Source of the DNA: Gammaproteobacteria bacterium
GTDB taxonomy: Bacteria; Pseudomonadota; Gammaproteobacteria; JABXHR01
Length of the DNA: 55,275 nucleotides
Assembly: GCA_013373515.1 (NCBI GenBank)
Contig: JABXHR010000089.1
Location: forward strand, 1-55,275
Direction: 5' to 3'
Part shown: in pieces, positions 17,000 to 26,639 of the stretch
How positions within the stretch are numbered: the stretch's first letter is position 1
Layout of the letters: each line of letters starts with the position of its first letter
Program-made: the position numbers and the translations under genes
The notes under the pieces: generated by a model
Seen by the model: only the letters and a program-made list of their open reading frames with translations
Databases searched by the model: none
Told to the model about the DNA's origin: nothing

Positions 17000-18631
17000 T
17001 TAGGATACTTTATAGCCTTTGGTGACGCTTTGCATGCGCTGGGTGAGTTCAGTCATGTGCTTGGCGGTGCGCACGCAATGCGCGGTTAGTTCTCGGCCCG
17101 CGTTGGCAGCGCGTTCTACCGAGTCCAATCCATCGAATACGGTTTCTGCATATTTGGTTTGGCTGCCTGTGTGCTCTTCGATGTTGCGCACAGCGCCAAA
17201 GATTTGATTGAGCGCCGTCATAATGGTGGTCAGAGCTTGCGTCGCTTCCTTGGCCGAGCGAATACCGCTATCGGCTTGGTCGCGTGCGCTGTTGACCGAT
17301 GACACCAGCGCCATGCTTTGTTTGGTGATCTGTTCGATAACGGCCTCAACCTCTGCAGAGTAGGTTCGGGTGATGGTCGACAGTTGGCGTACCTCCTCTG
17401 CCACTACGGAGAATCCCGCGCCAGCGGGCCCTGCGCGTGACGCTTCAATGGAGGCATTCAATGCAACGAAGTTGGTTTTCTCGGCCACGCCGCGAATCGC
17501 ATCGATATTAGACGCGATCTGCTCGCTTTGGGTTTCGAGCTGGGTGAGCGGTTCCAAAATGCCCTCAATCAGGCGATGCACACTGTGAATCACGCTAAGC
17601 GCTTGCTCAATGGTTTGTGCGCTACTGCTCGCGTGTTCGTTGCTCTGGACAGTGGCCTGCGATGCTTGTGCAGCCGATGTTTGCACCGACGCTTGGGAAC
17701 TCAAGAGGTCTTGAATCCGACGACGCATGGTAGACATGGTCTGGTCTTGGTCTTCGGCGGTTTTGTCCAGCTGATCGCCTGCTTCGCCCAAAGTAGCGGC
17801 TTGCTCGCCAAGTAAGGCTTGTTCCGAGTAGATGGTGGAGACCAGCTGCTGCAATGACTCCGTCAGGTGGTTGACGGCATTGTTCAATTCGCCCAGTTCG
17901 TCATTTTGTTGCGGCAACCGCACCGTCAAATCACCCCCTTTGATACGTTCAATTCCTTCACGGGTGGCTTCCAGCGGCTTGAGAATCGAGCGCCTAAATG
18001 AGATGAAGCTCAGCATCGCCAACACTGCGGCGGCCAGCAGCGCCTCGACCGACACCAATATCATGCTGCTTTGTTGCAGATCGACGGCATTTTGTTTGAG
18101 TTCGTCAAAGGTCTGATTAGAGTGCGCAAGCTTTTCGGCGGTGAGGTCGTCGATTCGCTTGGACGACACCCATATCCAGACATCGCCGAGCTTGTCCCCT
18201 TCAATGGTCACGGGGCGACTGATTTTGCGAACGCTGCTTTCGTCGAATAGGGGCTTCGATAGTGTCGTCATCGGCTCGCCGTTGAGGTCGACGAAGCGAG
18301 CGTAAACGATGTCTGGATCGCGCATGACGAGTTTTTCAAGCGTCTCCAAATGCTCCATGTCTAGCATCAGTAAAAAGTCTGGCGATACCAGCGATAGGAA
18401 GCCTGCGATGTTGCTGGTTTTCTCCTCGATAAATGCGATGTGATCGAGGCGATTTTGCTCGAAAATGTGAGAGAGCTCTTCGCTGACTGCTTCGCCCTGG
18501 GAGCGATTTGCCTTGGCCCAATTGACGCCGAACACCGCAACCTGAATGCCCTGAGTGATCAAAAAACCAATGACCACTGGCACGATAAAACGCTTGGCTA
18601 GTGACTGGTTGGTCTGGATCGAATCGCTCAC
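17000..18631 (-). CDS. Methyl-accepting chemotaxis protein (2 TM, periplasmic domain about 170 aa, HAMP, MA domain)
   Basis: The HAMP region (LKPLEATREGIERIKGGDLTVRL) and the conserved signalling hairpin (NFVALNASIEASRAGPAGAGFSVVAEEVRQL) are present. Confidence 0.9.
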   Translation of the reverse strand: MSDSIQTNQSLAKRFIVPVVIGFLITQGIQVAVFGVNWAKANRSQGEAVSEELSHIFEQNRLDHIAFIEEKTSNIAGFLSLVSPDFLLMLDMEHLETLEKLVMRDPDIVYARFVDLNGEPMTTLSKPLFDESSVRKISRPVTIEGDKLGDVWIWVSSKRIDDLTAEKLAHSNQTFDELKQNAVDLQQSSMILVSVEALLAAAVLAMLSFISFRRSILKPLEATREGIERIKGGDLTVRLPQQNDELGELNNAVNHLTESLQQLVSTIYSEQALLGEQAATLGEAGDQLDKTAEDQDQTMSTMRRRIQDLLSSQASVQTSAAQASQATVQSNEHASSSAQTIEQALSVIHSVHRLIEGILEPLTQLETQSEQIASNIDAIRGVAEKTNFVALNASIEASRAGPAGAGFSVVAEEVRQLSTITRTYSAEVEAVIEQITKQSMALVSSVNSARDQADSGIRSAKEATQALTTIMTALNQIFGAVRNIEEHTGSQTKYAETVFDGLDSVERAANAGRELTAHCVRTAKHMTELTQRMQSVTKGYKVS

Positions 18632-18653
18632 GAGGTGTCTCCTTCAGTTCGCC

Positions 18654-19487
18654 TTATTCGGCGAATTTCTCCAGACCCATGGTGGAGAGTTTTGCATAAT
18701 CGGCAAACGTGCTGGCGCCGGGTTGCGCCATCGGGACATCTTTCAATAGCGCAGGCTTTGCAAGCAGGGCCTGTTGGATTTGTGAGGCGATGGGCGCGGA
18801 AACTCGCGGATGCACCGCGATCGGGTGTGGGTTGACCTTTTGCGTGGTGTAGAACACCTCCAAGTCCGCCTGTTGGCGCTCGGTCATTTGGCGCAGCGTA
18901 CGCATCACGCCGCCGCCGGCCTTAACCTGCCCTGCCAAAACGGCAAGATAAACGTTTGAGTGCGTTTTTACGTAGCGTGGTTTGATGGTTAGCTTGTGTT
19001 CGGTGGCCAGCTCGGTTCGCATCAATAACGATGCACCCAGCGCATTGGGCGCTGGAAAGGCCATTGGCTGGTTGTCGAGCTGTGACATTTCCGTGATGCC
19101 ACTGTCTTTGCGCACCACCAAAATGCCGGTGAGCTGCTTGGAGTGATCGTGGATGATTGGCAAATAGCCTTGTGTCTGATTGGCCACCACCATGTGGTAG
19201 GGGTTGGCGTAAATTATGTCGAATTCACCCGCCTGAAATTGTTTCTCAAAGCTTGGAATGTCTTTGCTGTACTTGATGACGGCTTTGCGTCCTGTCGCGG
19301 CCTCGATTTCTTTGGCAATCGGTGCCCAGCGTTCACGGATCTCTACGGAGCGAAACTGGGGCACGACACCAATGGTGATCGGCGCAGCGTTGGCCCAAAG
19401 GGTGTTCCAACACAGCATGGCAAACAGGGCGGTCAGTCCCTGTAGTAGCAGGGTTTTCGAGCGAGTACTCAAATTTCTTTCATTCAT
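18654..19487 (-). CDS. PhnD/Phosphonate-bd family periplasmic binding protein (no cognate ABC permease or ATPase nearby)
   Basis: It has a signal peptide, and the PITIGVVPQF...FDIIYANPY pattern is typical of PF12974-like proteins. It ends 22 nt upstream of the MCP start. Confidence 0.65.
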   Translation of the reverse strand: MNERNLSTRSKTLLLQGLTALFAMLCWNTLWANAAPITIGVVPQFRSVEIRERWAPIAKEIEAATGRKAVIKYSKDIPSFEKQFQAGEFDIIYANPYHMVVANQTQGYLPIIHDHSKQLTGILVVRKDSGITEMSQLDNQPMAFPAPNALGASLLMRTELATEHKLTIKPRYVKTHSNVYLAVLAGQVKAGGGVMRTLRQMTERQQADLEVFYTTQKVNPHPIAVHPRVSAPIASQIQQALLAKPALLKDVPMAQPGASTFADYAKLSTMGLEKFAE

Positions 19488-19662
19488 TGAACTGGTTCAC
19501 AAAAAGTCGCTTTCAAGAGTGGTTAACGGCGAGAGTTAGAAAAACTCAATCTATGTCATGAAAATGCAGTTCTTGCCTGCTTGTTTAGATCGCTTTTTCC
19601 ATTGCGCTTTTTTGCGAGGAGCATTCTGGTAGCATTGGCAGACCGTGATAGAGGGGTGACAT

Positions 19663-22431
19663 GTGAGCGAAAAATCTTTGGTCTTGGTCGATGGGTCGTC
19701 GTACTTATTTCGAGCATTTCATGCATTGCCTCCCTTAACCAATCCAGATGGCGAGCCGACTGGCGCCGTATATGGTGTTGTTGGCATGCTCAAGCGCTTG
19801 ATCGAACAGACTCACGCTAGCCATATGGCGGTGGTGTTTGATGCAAAGGGCAAAACATTTCGTGATGATATTTACCCTGAATATAAAGCCAATCGCCCGC
19901 CCATGCCGGATGAGCTGCGGCTGCAGATTGAGCCATTGCATGAGATCGTCAGGGCTTTGGGGTTGCCGTTATTGTGCGTGCCCGGCGTCGAGGCTGATGA
20001 TGTGCTCGGCACCTTGGCTGTGCAGGCTGCAGCGGATGGTCAGTCCGTTTTGATGTCTACCGGCGACAAAGACATGGCGCAATTGGTCAATGACAAAATT
20101 ACACTGGTCAACACCATGTCCAACACCACGATGACCCCTGAGGGCGTTGTCGAAAAATTCGGTGTGCGCGCAGATCAAATCATTGACTATCTTGCGTTGG
20201 TGGGTGACTCGGTCGATAACATTCCCGGCGTCAACAAGTGCGGCCCAAAAACCGCGGCAAAGTGGCTGGCGCAATACGATTCAATGCAGGGTGTCATCGA
20301 TCACGCAGACGAGATTAAAGGTAAAGTCGGCGAGTATTTGCGTGAGGCCATTGCCCATCTGCCGATGTCCTATCAATTGGCCACCATTAAAACCGACGTA
20401 GAACTCGAACAACCTTGGCACGCCTTAACCATCGGTGAGCCAGATCGTGAGGCATTGGAACGCCTCTATACGCGCATGAATTTCCGTACTTGGTTGCGTG
20501 AAATTAAGGGCGGCGACGCAGCGTTGCCGGAGCCCAATTCCAAACCGCGTACGGCGAGCAGTAAGCCTGCCGAGGCTGCAACGGTCGAATTGCCCACAAT
20601 CGAGACACCGAAGGCACCGGCGGATATTCGCTATGAAACCGTGCTCACCCAAGCTCAGTTGGATCAGTGGATCGAGAAATTGGCCGCGGCTGAGGTGTTT
20701 GCCTTTGACACAGAGACCACCGCAATCAATTACATGCAGGCGGATATTGTCGGGGTGTCTTTCGCTGTCAATGCAGGCGAAGCGGCGTATGTGCCGGTGG
20801 CGCATATTGCGGAAGGGTCTCCACAGCAGATCAGCCTTGATGAGTTAATGGCCAAACTAAAGCCGCTATTGGAAGATCCGGCCAAACTCAAAGTGGGCCA
20901 AAACCTGAAATATGATCAGAGTGTTTTGGCGCGCGCAGGGGTAAGCTTGCGCGGCATTGCCCACGATACGATGTTGCAGAGTTATATCTTCAATTCGGCG
21001 GCGGGTCGGCACGACATGGACTCTCTTGCCAGCCGATATTTGGACGTTAAAACCGTCAAGTTTGAAGAAATCGCGGGCAAAGGTGCCAAGCAAAAGCGCT
21101 TTGACGAGATAGAGATTGATGTGGCTGCACATTATGCGGCGGAAGATGCGGATATCACCCTGCGTCTTCACCAAGCGCTCTATCCGGCGCTCGCTGAGCA
21201 AGCCGGTCCGCTGAAAATTTACACCGAAGTCGAAATGCCATTAGCCCCAGTGTTGTCTGCTGTGGAGCGCAATGGTGTCTTGGTGAGCAAGGCCTTGCTC
21301 GATGCACAGAGCGTCGAATTGGCCGAGAAAATGGCGGCACTAGAGGCCGAGGCGCACGCGGCTGCAGGCAAACCGTTTAATTTGTCTTCACCCAAGCAAT
21401 TGGGCGAGCTTCTTTATGATGATCTCGGATTGCCGGTGATCGCCAAAACGCCCAAGGGCGCGCCGTCCACTTCAGAAGATGTACTGGAACGACTGGCCAA
21501 TGACCATCCTGTTCCGAGATTGGTGCTCGAGTACCGCAGTGTTTCCAAATTGCGCAGCACCTATACCGAAAAATTGCCGGAGATGATAGATCCCGACACT
21601 GGTCGGGTTCATACCTCCTACCATCAGGCGGTCGCGGCGACAGGTCGTTTGAGTAGCTCAGATCCTAACCTGCAAAACATCCCCATTCGCACGCCCGAGG
21701 GACGTCGGATTCGTCAAGCCTTTATCGCCCCCGAGGGCAAAGTTCTGCTGGCCGCGGATTATTCCCAAATTGAGCTTCGCATTATGGCGCACTTGTCTGC
21801 GGATGAAGGGCTGCTAAAAGCGTTTGCCGCTGGCGAAGACATTCACAAAATGACGGCCTCAGAGGTGTTCGATACGCCGCTGATGATGGTCGATGACAAC
21901 CAGCGTCGTTCTGCCAAAGCGATTAACTTTGGACTGATTTACGGTATGTCGGCCTTTGGGCTGGCCAAACAACTTGGCATTGCGCGCAGTGAGGCCCAGC
22001 GATATGTCGATCTGTATTTTGAACGTTATCCTGGGGTGCGGCGCTATATGGAAGACACTCGCGCCAAGGCTAAGACTAAAGGCTACGTCGAAACCGTGCT
22101 GGGCCGTCGGTTATATTTGCCAGACATTAATGCGCGCAATGCCGCGATGCGCCAATACGCCGAACGCACGGCGATCAATGCACCAATGCAGGGCACCGCA
22201 GCGGATATTATCAAGCTGGCGATGATCAATATTCATCCTTGGCTTGAAAGTAGTGATCTGGACGCCAAGATGATTATGCAAGTGCACGATGAATTGGTGT
22301 TTGAAGTGGCCGAGTCCGATTTGGAGGCGCTGAAGCAAGAGATTAAACCACGCATGGAGTCTGCGCTGTCACTGTCCGTGCCACTGGTGGTTGAAATGGG
22401 TGTTGGCAAAGATTGGGACGCTGCGCACTAG
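19663..22431 (+). CDS. polA: DNA polymerase I
   Basis: The 922-aa product has 5'-3' exonuclease, 3'-5' exonuclease (FDTETT) and polymerase motifs (DYSQIELR, QVHDELVFE). GTG start. Confidence 0.97.
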   Translation: MSEKSLVLVDGSSYLFRAFHALPPLTNPDGEPTGAVYGVVGMLKRLIEQTHASHMAVVFDAKGKTFRDDIYPEYKANRPPMPDELRLQIEPLHEIVRALGLPLLCVPGVEADDVLGTLAVQAAADGQSVLMSTGDKDMAQLVNDKITLVNTMSNTTMTPEGVVEKFGVRADQIIDYLALVGDSVDNIPGVNKCGPKTAAKWLAQYDSMQGVIDHADEIKGKVGEYLREAIAHLPMSYQLATIKTDVELEQPWHALTIGEPDREALERLYTRMNFRTWLREIKGGDAALPEPNSKPRTASSKPAEAATVELPTIETPKAPADIRYETVLTQAQLDQWIEKLAAAEVFAFDTETTAINYMQADIVGVSFAVNAGEAAYVPVAHIAEGSPQQISLDELMAKLKPLLEDPAKLKVGQNLKYDQSVLARAGVSLRGIAHDTMLQSYIFNSAAGRHDMDSLASRYLDVKTVKFEEIAGKGAKQKRFDEIEIDVAAHYAAEDADITLRLHQALYPALAEQAGPLKIYTEVEMPLAPVLSAVERNGVLVSKALLDAQSVELAEKMAALEAEAHAAAGKPFNLSSPKQLGELLYDDLGLPVIAKTPKGAPSTSEDVLERLANDHPVPRLVLEYRSVSKLRSTYTEKLPEMIDPDTGRVHTSYHQAVAATGRLSSSDPNLQNIPIRTPEGRRIRQAFIAPEGKVLLAADYSQIELRIMAHLSADEGLLKAFAAGEDIHKMTASEVFDTPLMMVDDNQRRSAKAINFGLIYGMSAFGLAKQLGIARSEAQRYVDLYFERYPGVRRYMEDTRAKAKTKGYVETVLGRRLYLPDINARNAAMRQYAERTAINAPMQGTAADIIKLAMINIHPWLESSDLDAKMIMQVHDELVFEVAESDLEALKQEIKPRMESALSLSVPLVVEMGVGKDWDAAH

Positions 22432-22458
22432 ATTACGGGCATACACGAGGGGGCAAAG

Positions 22459-23478
22459 GTGGAAACACAAGTGATTGACCAGATGGGGCGGGGCCTTCGA
22501 GATCTGCGTATTTCGGTGACAGATCGTTGTAATTTTCGCTGTACCTATTGCATGCCCAAAGAGGTCTTTGGTGCCGGATATCGCTATCTCAATCGCACTG
22601 AATTATTGAGCTTTGAAGAAATCGAGCGCTTAGTGCGGATTTTCGCGGGCTATGGTGTGCGCAAAATTCGTTTTACTGGCGGTGAGCCCTTGGTGCGGCG
22701 CGATTTGGAGCAGCTCATCCGCATGGTGTTGAGTGTGCCCGGTATCGAGGATGTCTCCCTGACGAGCAATGCCTCGTTGATTACTCAAGAGCGAGCGGCC
22801 AGCTTATATGAGGCGGGTATTCGTCGCATTAATGTCAGTCTTGATGCCATGGACGATCAGACCTTTATGGCCATCAACGATGTCGGTGCATCGGTGCAAA
22901 GCGTTCTCGACGGGATTGCGGCTGCGCAGTCAGCGGGAATCGCTGGGGTCAAAGTCAATGCGGTCATCAAGCAAGGTGTCAATGAGCACGCGATTTTGCC
23001 ATTGGTAGAGCAGTTTCGCGGCAGTGGCGTCATTTTGCGCTTTATCGAATTTATGGATGTCGGCAATCACAATGGTTGGGACAAATCGTCCGTGATCAGT
23101 AGCCGCGAGATTTTAAAGACCATCTCAGAGCAGCACCCACTGGAGCCCGTGGACGCCAACTATCATGGCGAGGTTGCCCAGCGTTGGCAGTATATTGATG
23201 GCGCAGGCGAAATCGGCGTAATTTCGTCCATTACTCAGCCATTTTGCGGTGGCTGTCATCGTGCGCGCTTATCGGCCATTGGGCAGTTGTTTACCTGTCT
23301 ATTTGCTTCAGAGGGCACTGATTTGCGCGCATGGCTTCGCGATGGCTCAACAGACGATCAGATTGATCAGCGCTTGCGCCAGCTGTGGCAGCGCCGCGAC
23401 GATCGATACTCTGAAATTCGCTTTACCGAGCCAATGGCCAACCGCCAGAAAGTCGAGATGTCTTATATCGGAGGTTAA
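22459..23478 (+). CDS. moaA: GTP 3',8-cyclase (molybdenum cofactor biosynthesis protein A)
   Basis: The radical-SAM motif CNFRCTYCMP and the C-terminal CGGCHRARLS cluster are present. The GTG start fits the MoaA N-terminus. Confidence 0.93.
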   Translation: METQVIDQMGRGLRDLRISVTDRCNFRCTYCMPKEVFGAGYRYLNRTELLSFEEIERLVRIFAGYGVRKIRFTGGEPLVRRDLEQLIRMVLSVPGIEDVSLTSNASLITQERAASLYEAGIRRINVSLDAMDDQTFMAINDVGASVQSVLDGIAAAQSAGIAGVKVNAVIKQGVNEHAILPLVEQFRGSGVILRFIEFMDVGNHNGWDKSSVISSREILKTISEQHPLEPVDANYHGEVAQRWQYIDGAGEIGVISSITQPFCGGCHRARLSAIGQLFTCLFASEGTDLRAWLRDGSTDDQIDQRLRQLWQRRDDRYSEIRFTEPMANRQKVEMSYIGG

Positions 23479-23537
23479 CCTGTGGGTCACACTGGGACGG
23501 TTAAAATGGCCGTTAACCTGAAACCTTAGGAAGCAAA

Positions 23538-24005
23538 ATGTCAGAACAACCTCAATGGTTCATTCCCATGCTTGCATTTGTCGCTGGATTTATTGTGGCG
23601 GCAATTATTTTTTTGGTGCGTAACAGTAGCGGCAAGACCGCGCAGCTCACGCAAGCGCTTCGTCAGTCGCAAGAAGAGCTTCAAGCGTATCGCGAGAAGG
23701 TGGATGCCCATTTTGCCACCACCGCAGAACTGTTTCGTGAAACCACCGAGCGTTATCGCGCACTGTATGATCATCTAAGTGACGGCGCAGAATCACTCAG
23801 CAGCATGCCTGTCAAGACGGTTCCATGGTCTGAAACCGCAAAAATCAGTGATCAGTCTGAGTCAGTGGGCCTTGCGCAAGCCGACGAAACGGCCGAGAAG
23901 GCCAAGGCCACAGATACCTCCGACGCTGCAGATGAAACTGTCGCGCAAAACGATGGCGCCGACAGCACCAAAGCTGATTCAGAGCGCGGCGAAAACAAAG
24001 CCTAA
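23538..24005 (+). CDS. yhcB: YhcB/ZapG (DUF1043) family inner-membrane protein
   Basis: An N-terminal TM is followed by a coiled coil, and HFATTAELFRETTERYRALYDHL parallels E. coli YhcB. SD AGGAAG is present. Confidence 0.7.
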   Translation: MSEQPQWFIPMLAFVAGFIVAAIIFLVRNSSGKTAQLTQALRQSQEELQAYREKVDAHFATTAELFRETTERYRALYDHLSDGAESLSSMPVKTVPWSETAKISDQSESVGLAQADETAEKAKATDTSDAADETVAQNDGADSTKADSERGENKA

Positions 24006-24129
24006 CCCCTGTCATTTGCTTGGCCGACCCTCGCTCGGCCAAGCGCTTAAGCTCATACTTTTGTCTAGAGCATGCAGTGCTCGCTGCGCTTTGGCGGCGA
24101 AGTGCGTTAGCATGTAGGCGTTTTGTTAA

Positions 24130-24432
24130 ATGCTCTCGATTATGACCCCTGAAATCACGCAGCTCGTCACCGCCTACAACGCCATGGAAACCACCAAGCA
24201 ACGCCATATGCTGGTGCTGGAGGCGATGGAAAACCGCAATAAAAAGTTTGGACTGCCCTCGAGCGATCAGGAGGAGGCTCTTTTGCAACGCTTGCTTAAT
24301 GATCACAACCAAGCGGTGGAAGGGTTCAAGCAGGCTTCAATGGCGGCAAGAGAGCAATCACCTGAGCAGATGGCGCAGGTGATTGGCGATCTAACGGCGC
24401 TCGATCAGCAGTTAGATCAGTATCGGAGCTAG
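24130..24432 (+). CDS. Hypothetical small helical protein
   Basis: Evidence is the ORF only. I recognise no motif, the SD is weak, and the start could be 24142. Confidence 0.4.
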   Translation: MLSIMTPEITQLVTAYNAMETTKQRHMLVLEAMENRNKKFGLPSSDQEEALLQRLLNDHNQAVEGFKQASMAAREQSPEQMAQVIGDLTALDQQLDQYRS

Positions 24433-24442
24433 CGGCTCGCGT

Positions 24443-25120
24443 TCACTCCGCTTTGCTAGCCTCGTCCTCTAGCGCACGCTTTAAGCCGGGATCTAAATTC
24501 AGCGCGCGCGCCAAGTCTTCAAGCCATTGCATTTCTGCGATGGTATCGACTTTGATCGCAAGTAAAGCCGCCAAATACAACTCACTGCGCTGGGCGTCGG
24601 TTTGGGCCATGCTAGCCAGAGCCGATGCCGAGCGTGGGTTGGCAATTTCCGCTTTGACAAAATGCAGCAAATCGCTGTCGAGCTCGCCGATGGTTTCGAG
24701 GAATTGGTCGATCCGCCGCTGCTCGTCTTCATCAATGCGACCATCAGCATGCGCTGCGGCGATCATTGCCGCCAGAACGGCCTCTGGGCTGAGTGAATCC
24801 TCACTGCTGTTTGGCGCCTGTGTAGGCTGTGCCGCTGGGGCATCCGCTTGGCCTGTATCGCCTTTTTGGTAATTTTGATAGCTGCGGTACGCCAGCGTCC
24901 CGAGTGCGGCCAGTGACCCCATTTTGAGTAAGCCGCGGCCCGCCCCGGTGCCCAGTAGTAGGGCGGCGAGGCCCGCGCCAGCTGCCGCACCTTTCATGGT
25001 GCCGCCGTCGAGTTTGTCCAAACCCGCTTTTTCGCTGACGCTATCGAGTTTGCCCTTGCCTTCAGAGGCGAGTTCTTTGCCGCTTCTGAGAATGAGGTCG
25101 AGTAGTCCTTTTGTATCCAT
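24443..25120 (-). CDS. DUF533 / TerB-like inner-membrane protein (YebE-like)
   Basis: It has a Gly/Ala-rich TM (GAAAGAGLAALLLGTGAG) and a C-terminal TerB-like region. The start ATG overlaps the nadE stop (TAATG). Confidence 0.65.
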   Translation of the reverse strand: MDTKGLLDLILRSGKELASEGKGKLDSVSEKAGLDKLDGGTMKGAAAGAGLAALLLGTGAGRGLLKMGSLAALGTLAYRSYQNYQKGDTGQADAPAAQPTQAPNSSEDSLSPEAVLAAMIAAAHADGRIDEDEQRRIDQFLETIGELDSDLLHFVKAEIANPRSASALASMAQTDAQRSELYLAALLAIKVDTIAEMQWLEDLARALNLDPGLKRALEDEASKAE

Positions 25121-25908
25121 TAATTCGCCTTTAATTCTGTCGGTATGATGCAGACCGGAATCGGCTCCATCTTGTGTTTATTTGCATTGTGGTGGCGAGT
25201 GTAAATATCAAGCACTTCACGTTGACGTTCGCTTAAGGTTGCGCGGTCAAGGTTCGCGTCTTCACTGGCGGTCATCGCCCACTCCAACTCATCGTAGCTC
25301 GCGCCGAGTTGGCCTTCATCGGTGCGGTCGTCTTCCCAAAGTCCATCAGTCGGCGCGGCATCTTGAATGCCTCGCATGACGCCTAAGTGTGCTGCGATGG
25401 CGTAGACCTCAGATTTCATAAGGTCTGCAATCGGGGAAACATCGACGCCACCATCGCCGTATTTGGTGTAAAAACCGACCCCGAAGTCTTCAACCTTGTT
25501 GCCCGTGCCGCCGACGAGGCAGCGATGATGGCCTGCAAAGGTGTACAGCGTCAGCATGCGCAAGCGCGAGCGGGCATTGGCCATGGTTAGCCCATCTTGG
25601 ATATCGGCGGGGAGTGCCGCTTCTAGTGCCTCAAAACTGCTGGTGAGATCTTGGGTGATCGGGGTGACATTGTCGTGCTGTTCCGCCAGCCATTGGCAAT
25701 GGGCCTGGCTGAGAGAATGTTGATCTGCTTTTTGGCGAATCGGCATGGACAAGACATAGGTGGGGAGGCCGGTTTTGGCGCAAAGTGTCGAGGTAACCGC
25801 CGAGTCGATACCGCCAGAAACCCCGACGACGAAGCCTTGCAAACCACTTTGCTGGCAGTAGTCGTTGAGCCATTGAACGATATAGGTCGCAACTTTCTCG
25901 GTGTTCAT
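25120..25908 (-). CDS. nadE: NH3-dependent NAD+ synthetase
   Basis: PP-loop SGGIDSAV is present. Length and overall pattern fit NadE. Confidence 0.88.
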   Translation of the reverse strand: MNTEKVATYIVQWLNDYCQQSGLQGFVVGVSGGIDSAVTSTLCAKTGLPTYVLSMPIRQKADQHSLSQAHCQWLAEQHDNVTPITQDLTSSFEALEAALPADIQDGLTMANARSRLRMLTLYTFAGHHRCLVGGTGNKVEDFGVGFYTKYGDGGVDVSPIADLMKSEVYAIAAHLGVMRGIQDAAPTDGLWEDDRTDEGQLGASYDELEWAMTASEDANLDRATLSERQREVLDIYTRHHNANKHKMEPIPVCIIPTELKAN

Positions 25909-25954
25909 TTTGTCTTGTACCTTTGGGGTTAAGATTGGAGATTAGTTTATTCGA

Positions 25955-26599
25955 TTGAGTGTCGCTTTGCTTAGGCGAGTCTTGTGGGCGGTCGCCCTAA
26001 TTCAACTGCTGATGATGCTGGCCATTCTTGCGCTGCGCTTTATGCCGCCACCGACCACGGCGTTTATGTTGCGAGCGGATCATGCGAGATATGCGTTTGT
26101 GCCAATCGAGCAGATTGCTGATTCATTGCAGCTTGCCATCATTGCTGCTGAGGATCAGCGGTTTTACCAGCACCATGGCATCGATTGGCATGCACTCAAG
26201 TCTGCAATGGATGGTGGCGCTGAACGTGGTGCCAGTACGCTTACGCAGCAGTTGTGTAAGAACCTTTTCCTCTGGGGTGGGCGCAGTTATCTGCGCAAGC
26301 TGATAGAGGCTGATTGTGCGATCAGCGCAGAATGGCTGTTACCAAAGCGCAGAATCTTAGAGTTATATATCAATGTCGCCCAATTCTCCGCTGTTGACTT
26401 CGGTGCAGAGGCTGCCGCTAGGTCAATCTTTGGTGTTTCTGCTTCTCGTCTTTCGCTGGAACAGAGTGCTACACTTGCTGCCGCACTGCCAGCGCCTGCG
26501 CAGTTTGATGCTGCCTCGCCGGGGCCACATTTGCAGCGCAGGACGCAATGGGTATTGCGGCAAATGCGACAACTTGGGCCGGATTGGCTGCAAAAATAA
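25955..26599 (+). CDS. mtgA: Monofunctional biosynthetic peptidoglycan transglycosylase
   Basis: GT51 motifs EDQRFYQHHGIDW, GASTLTQQLCKNLFL and RILELYINVAQF are present. TTG start with an N-terminal TM. Confidence 0.88.
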   Translation: MSVALLRRVLWAVALIQLLMMLAILALRFMPPPTTAFMLRADHARYAFVPIEQIADSLQLAIIAAEDQRFYQHHGIDWHALKSAMDGGAERGASTLTQQLCKNLFLWGGRSYLRKLIEADCAISAEWLLPKRRILELYINVAQFSAVDFGAEAAARSIFGVSASRLSLEQSATLAAALPAPAQFDAASPGPHLQRRTQWVLRQMRQLGPDWLQK

Positions 26600-26639
26600 G
26601 GGCCACACATGGTGGCCCCAAATAAGAAGGATGAACTTC

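Noticed and set aside
22432-22458. Moco riboswitch upstream of moaA
   Set aside because: Only 27 nt separate the polA stop from the moaA start, which is far too short for the riboswitch of about 130 nt.
23470-23520. Direct repeat GTTAACCTG occurring twice after moaA
   Set aside because: The repeat is short (9 nt) and single-pair, with no associated structure or coding consequence. It is compatible with chance.
24018-24044. 10-bp hairpin GCTTGGCCGA-N7-TCGGCCAAGC after yhcB, considered as a REP/mobile repeat or terminator
   Set aside because: I found no second copy in the window and the T tract is weak. It is probably just a modest transcription terminator and is not reported as a feature.
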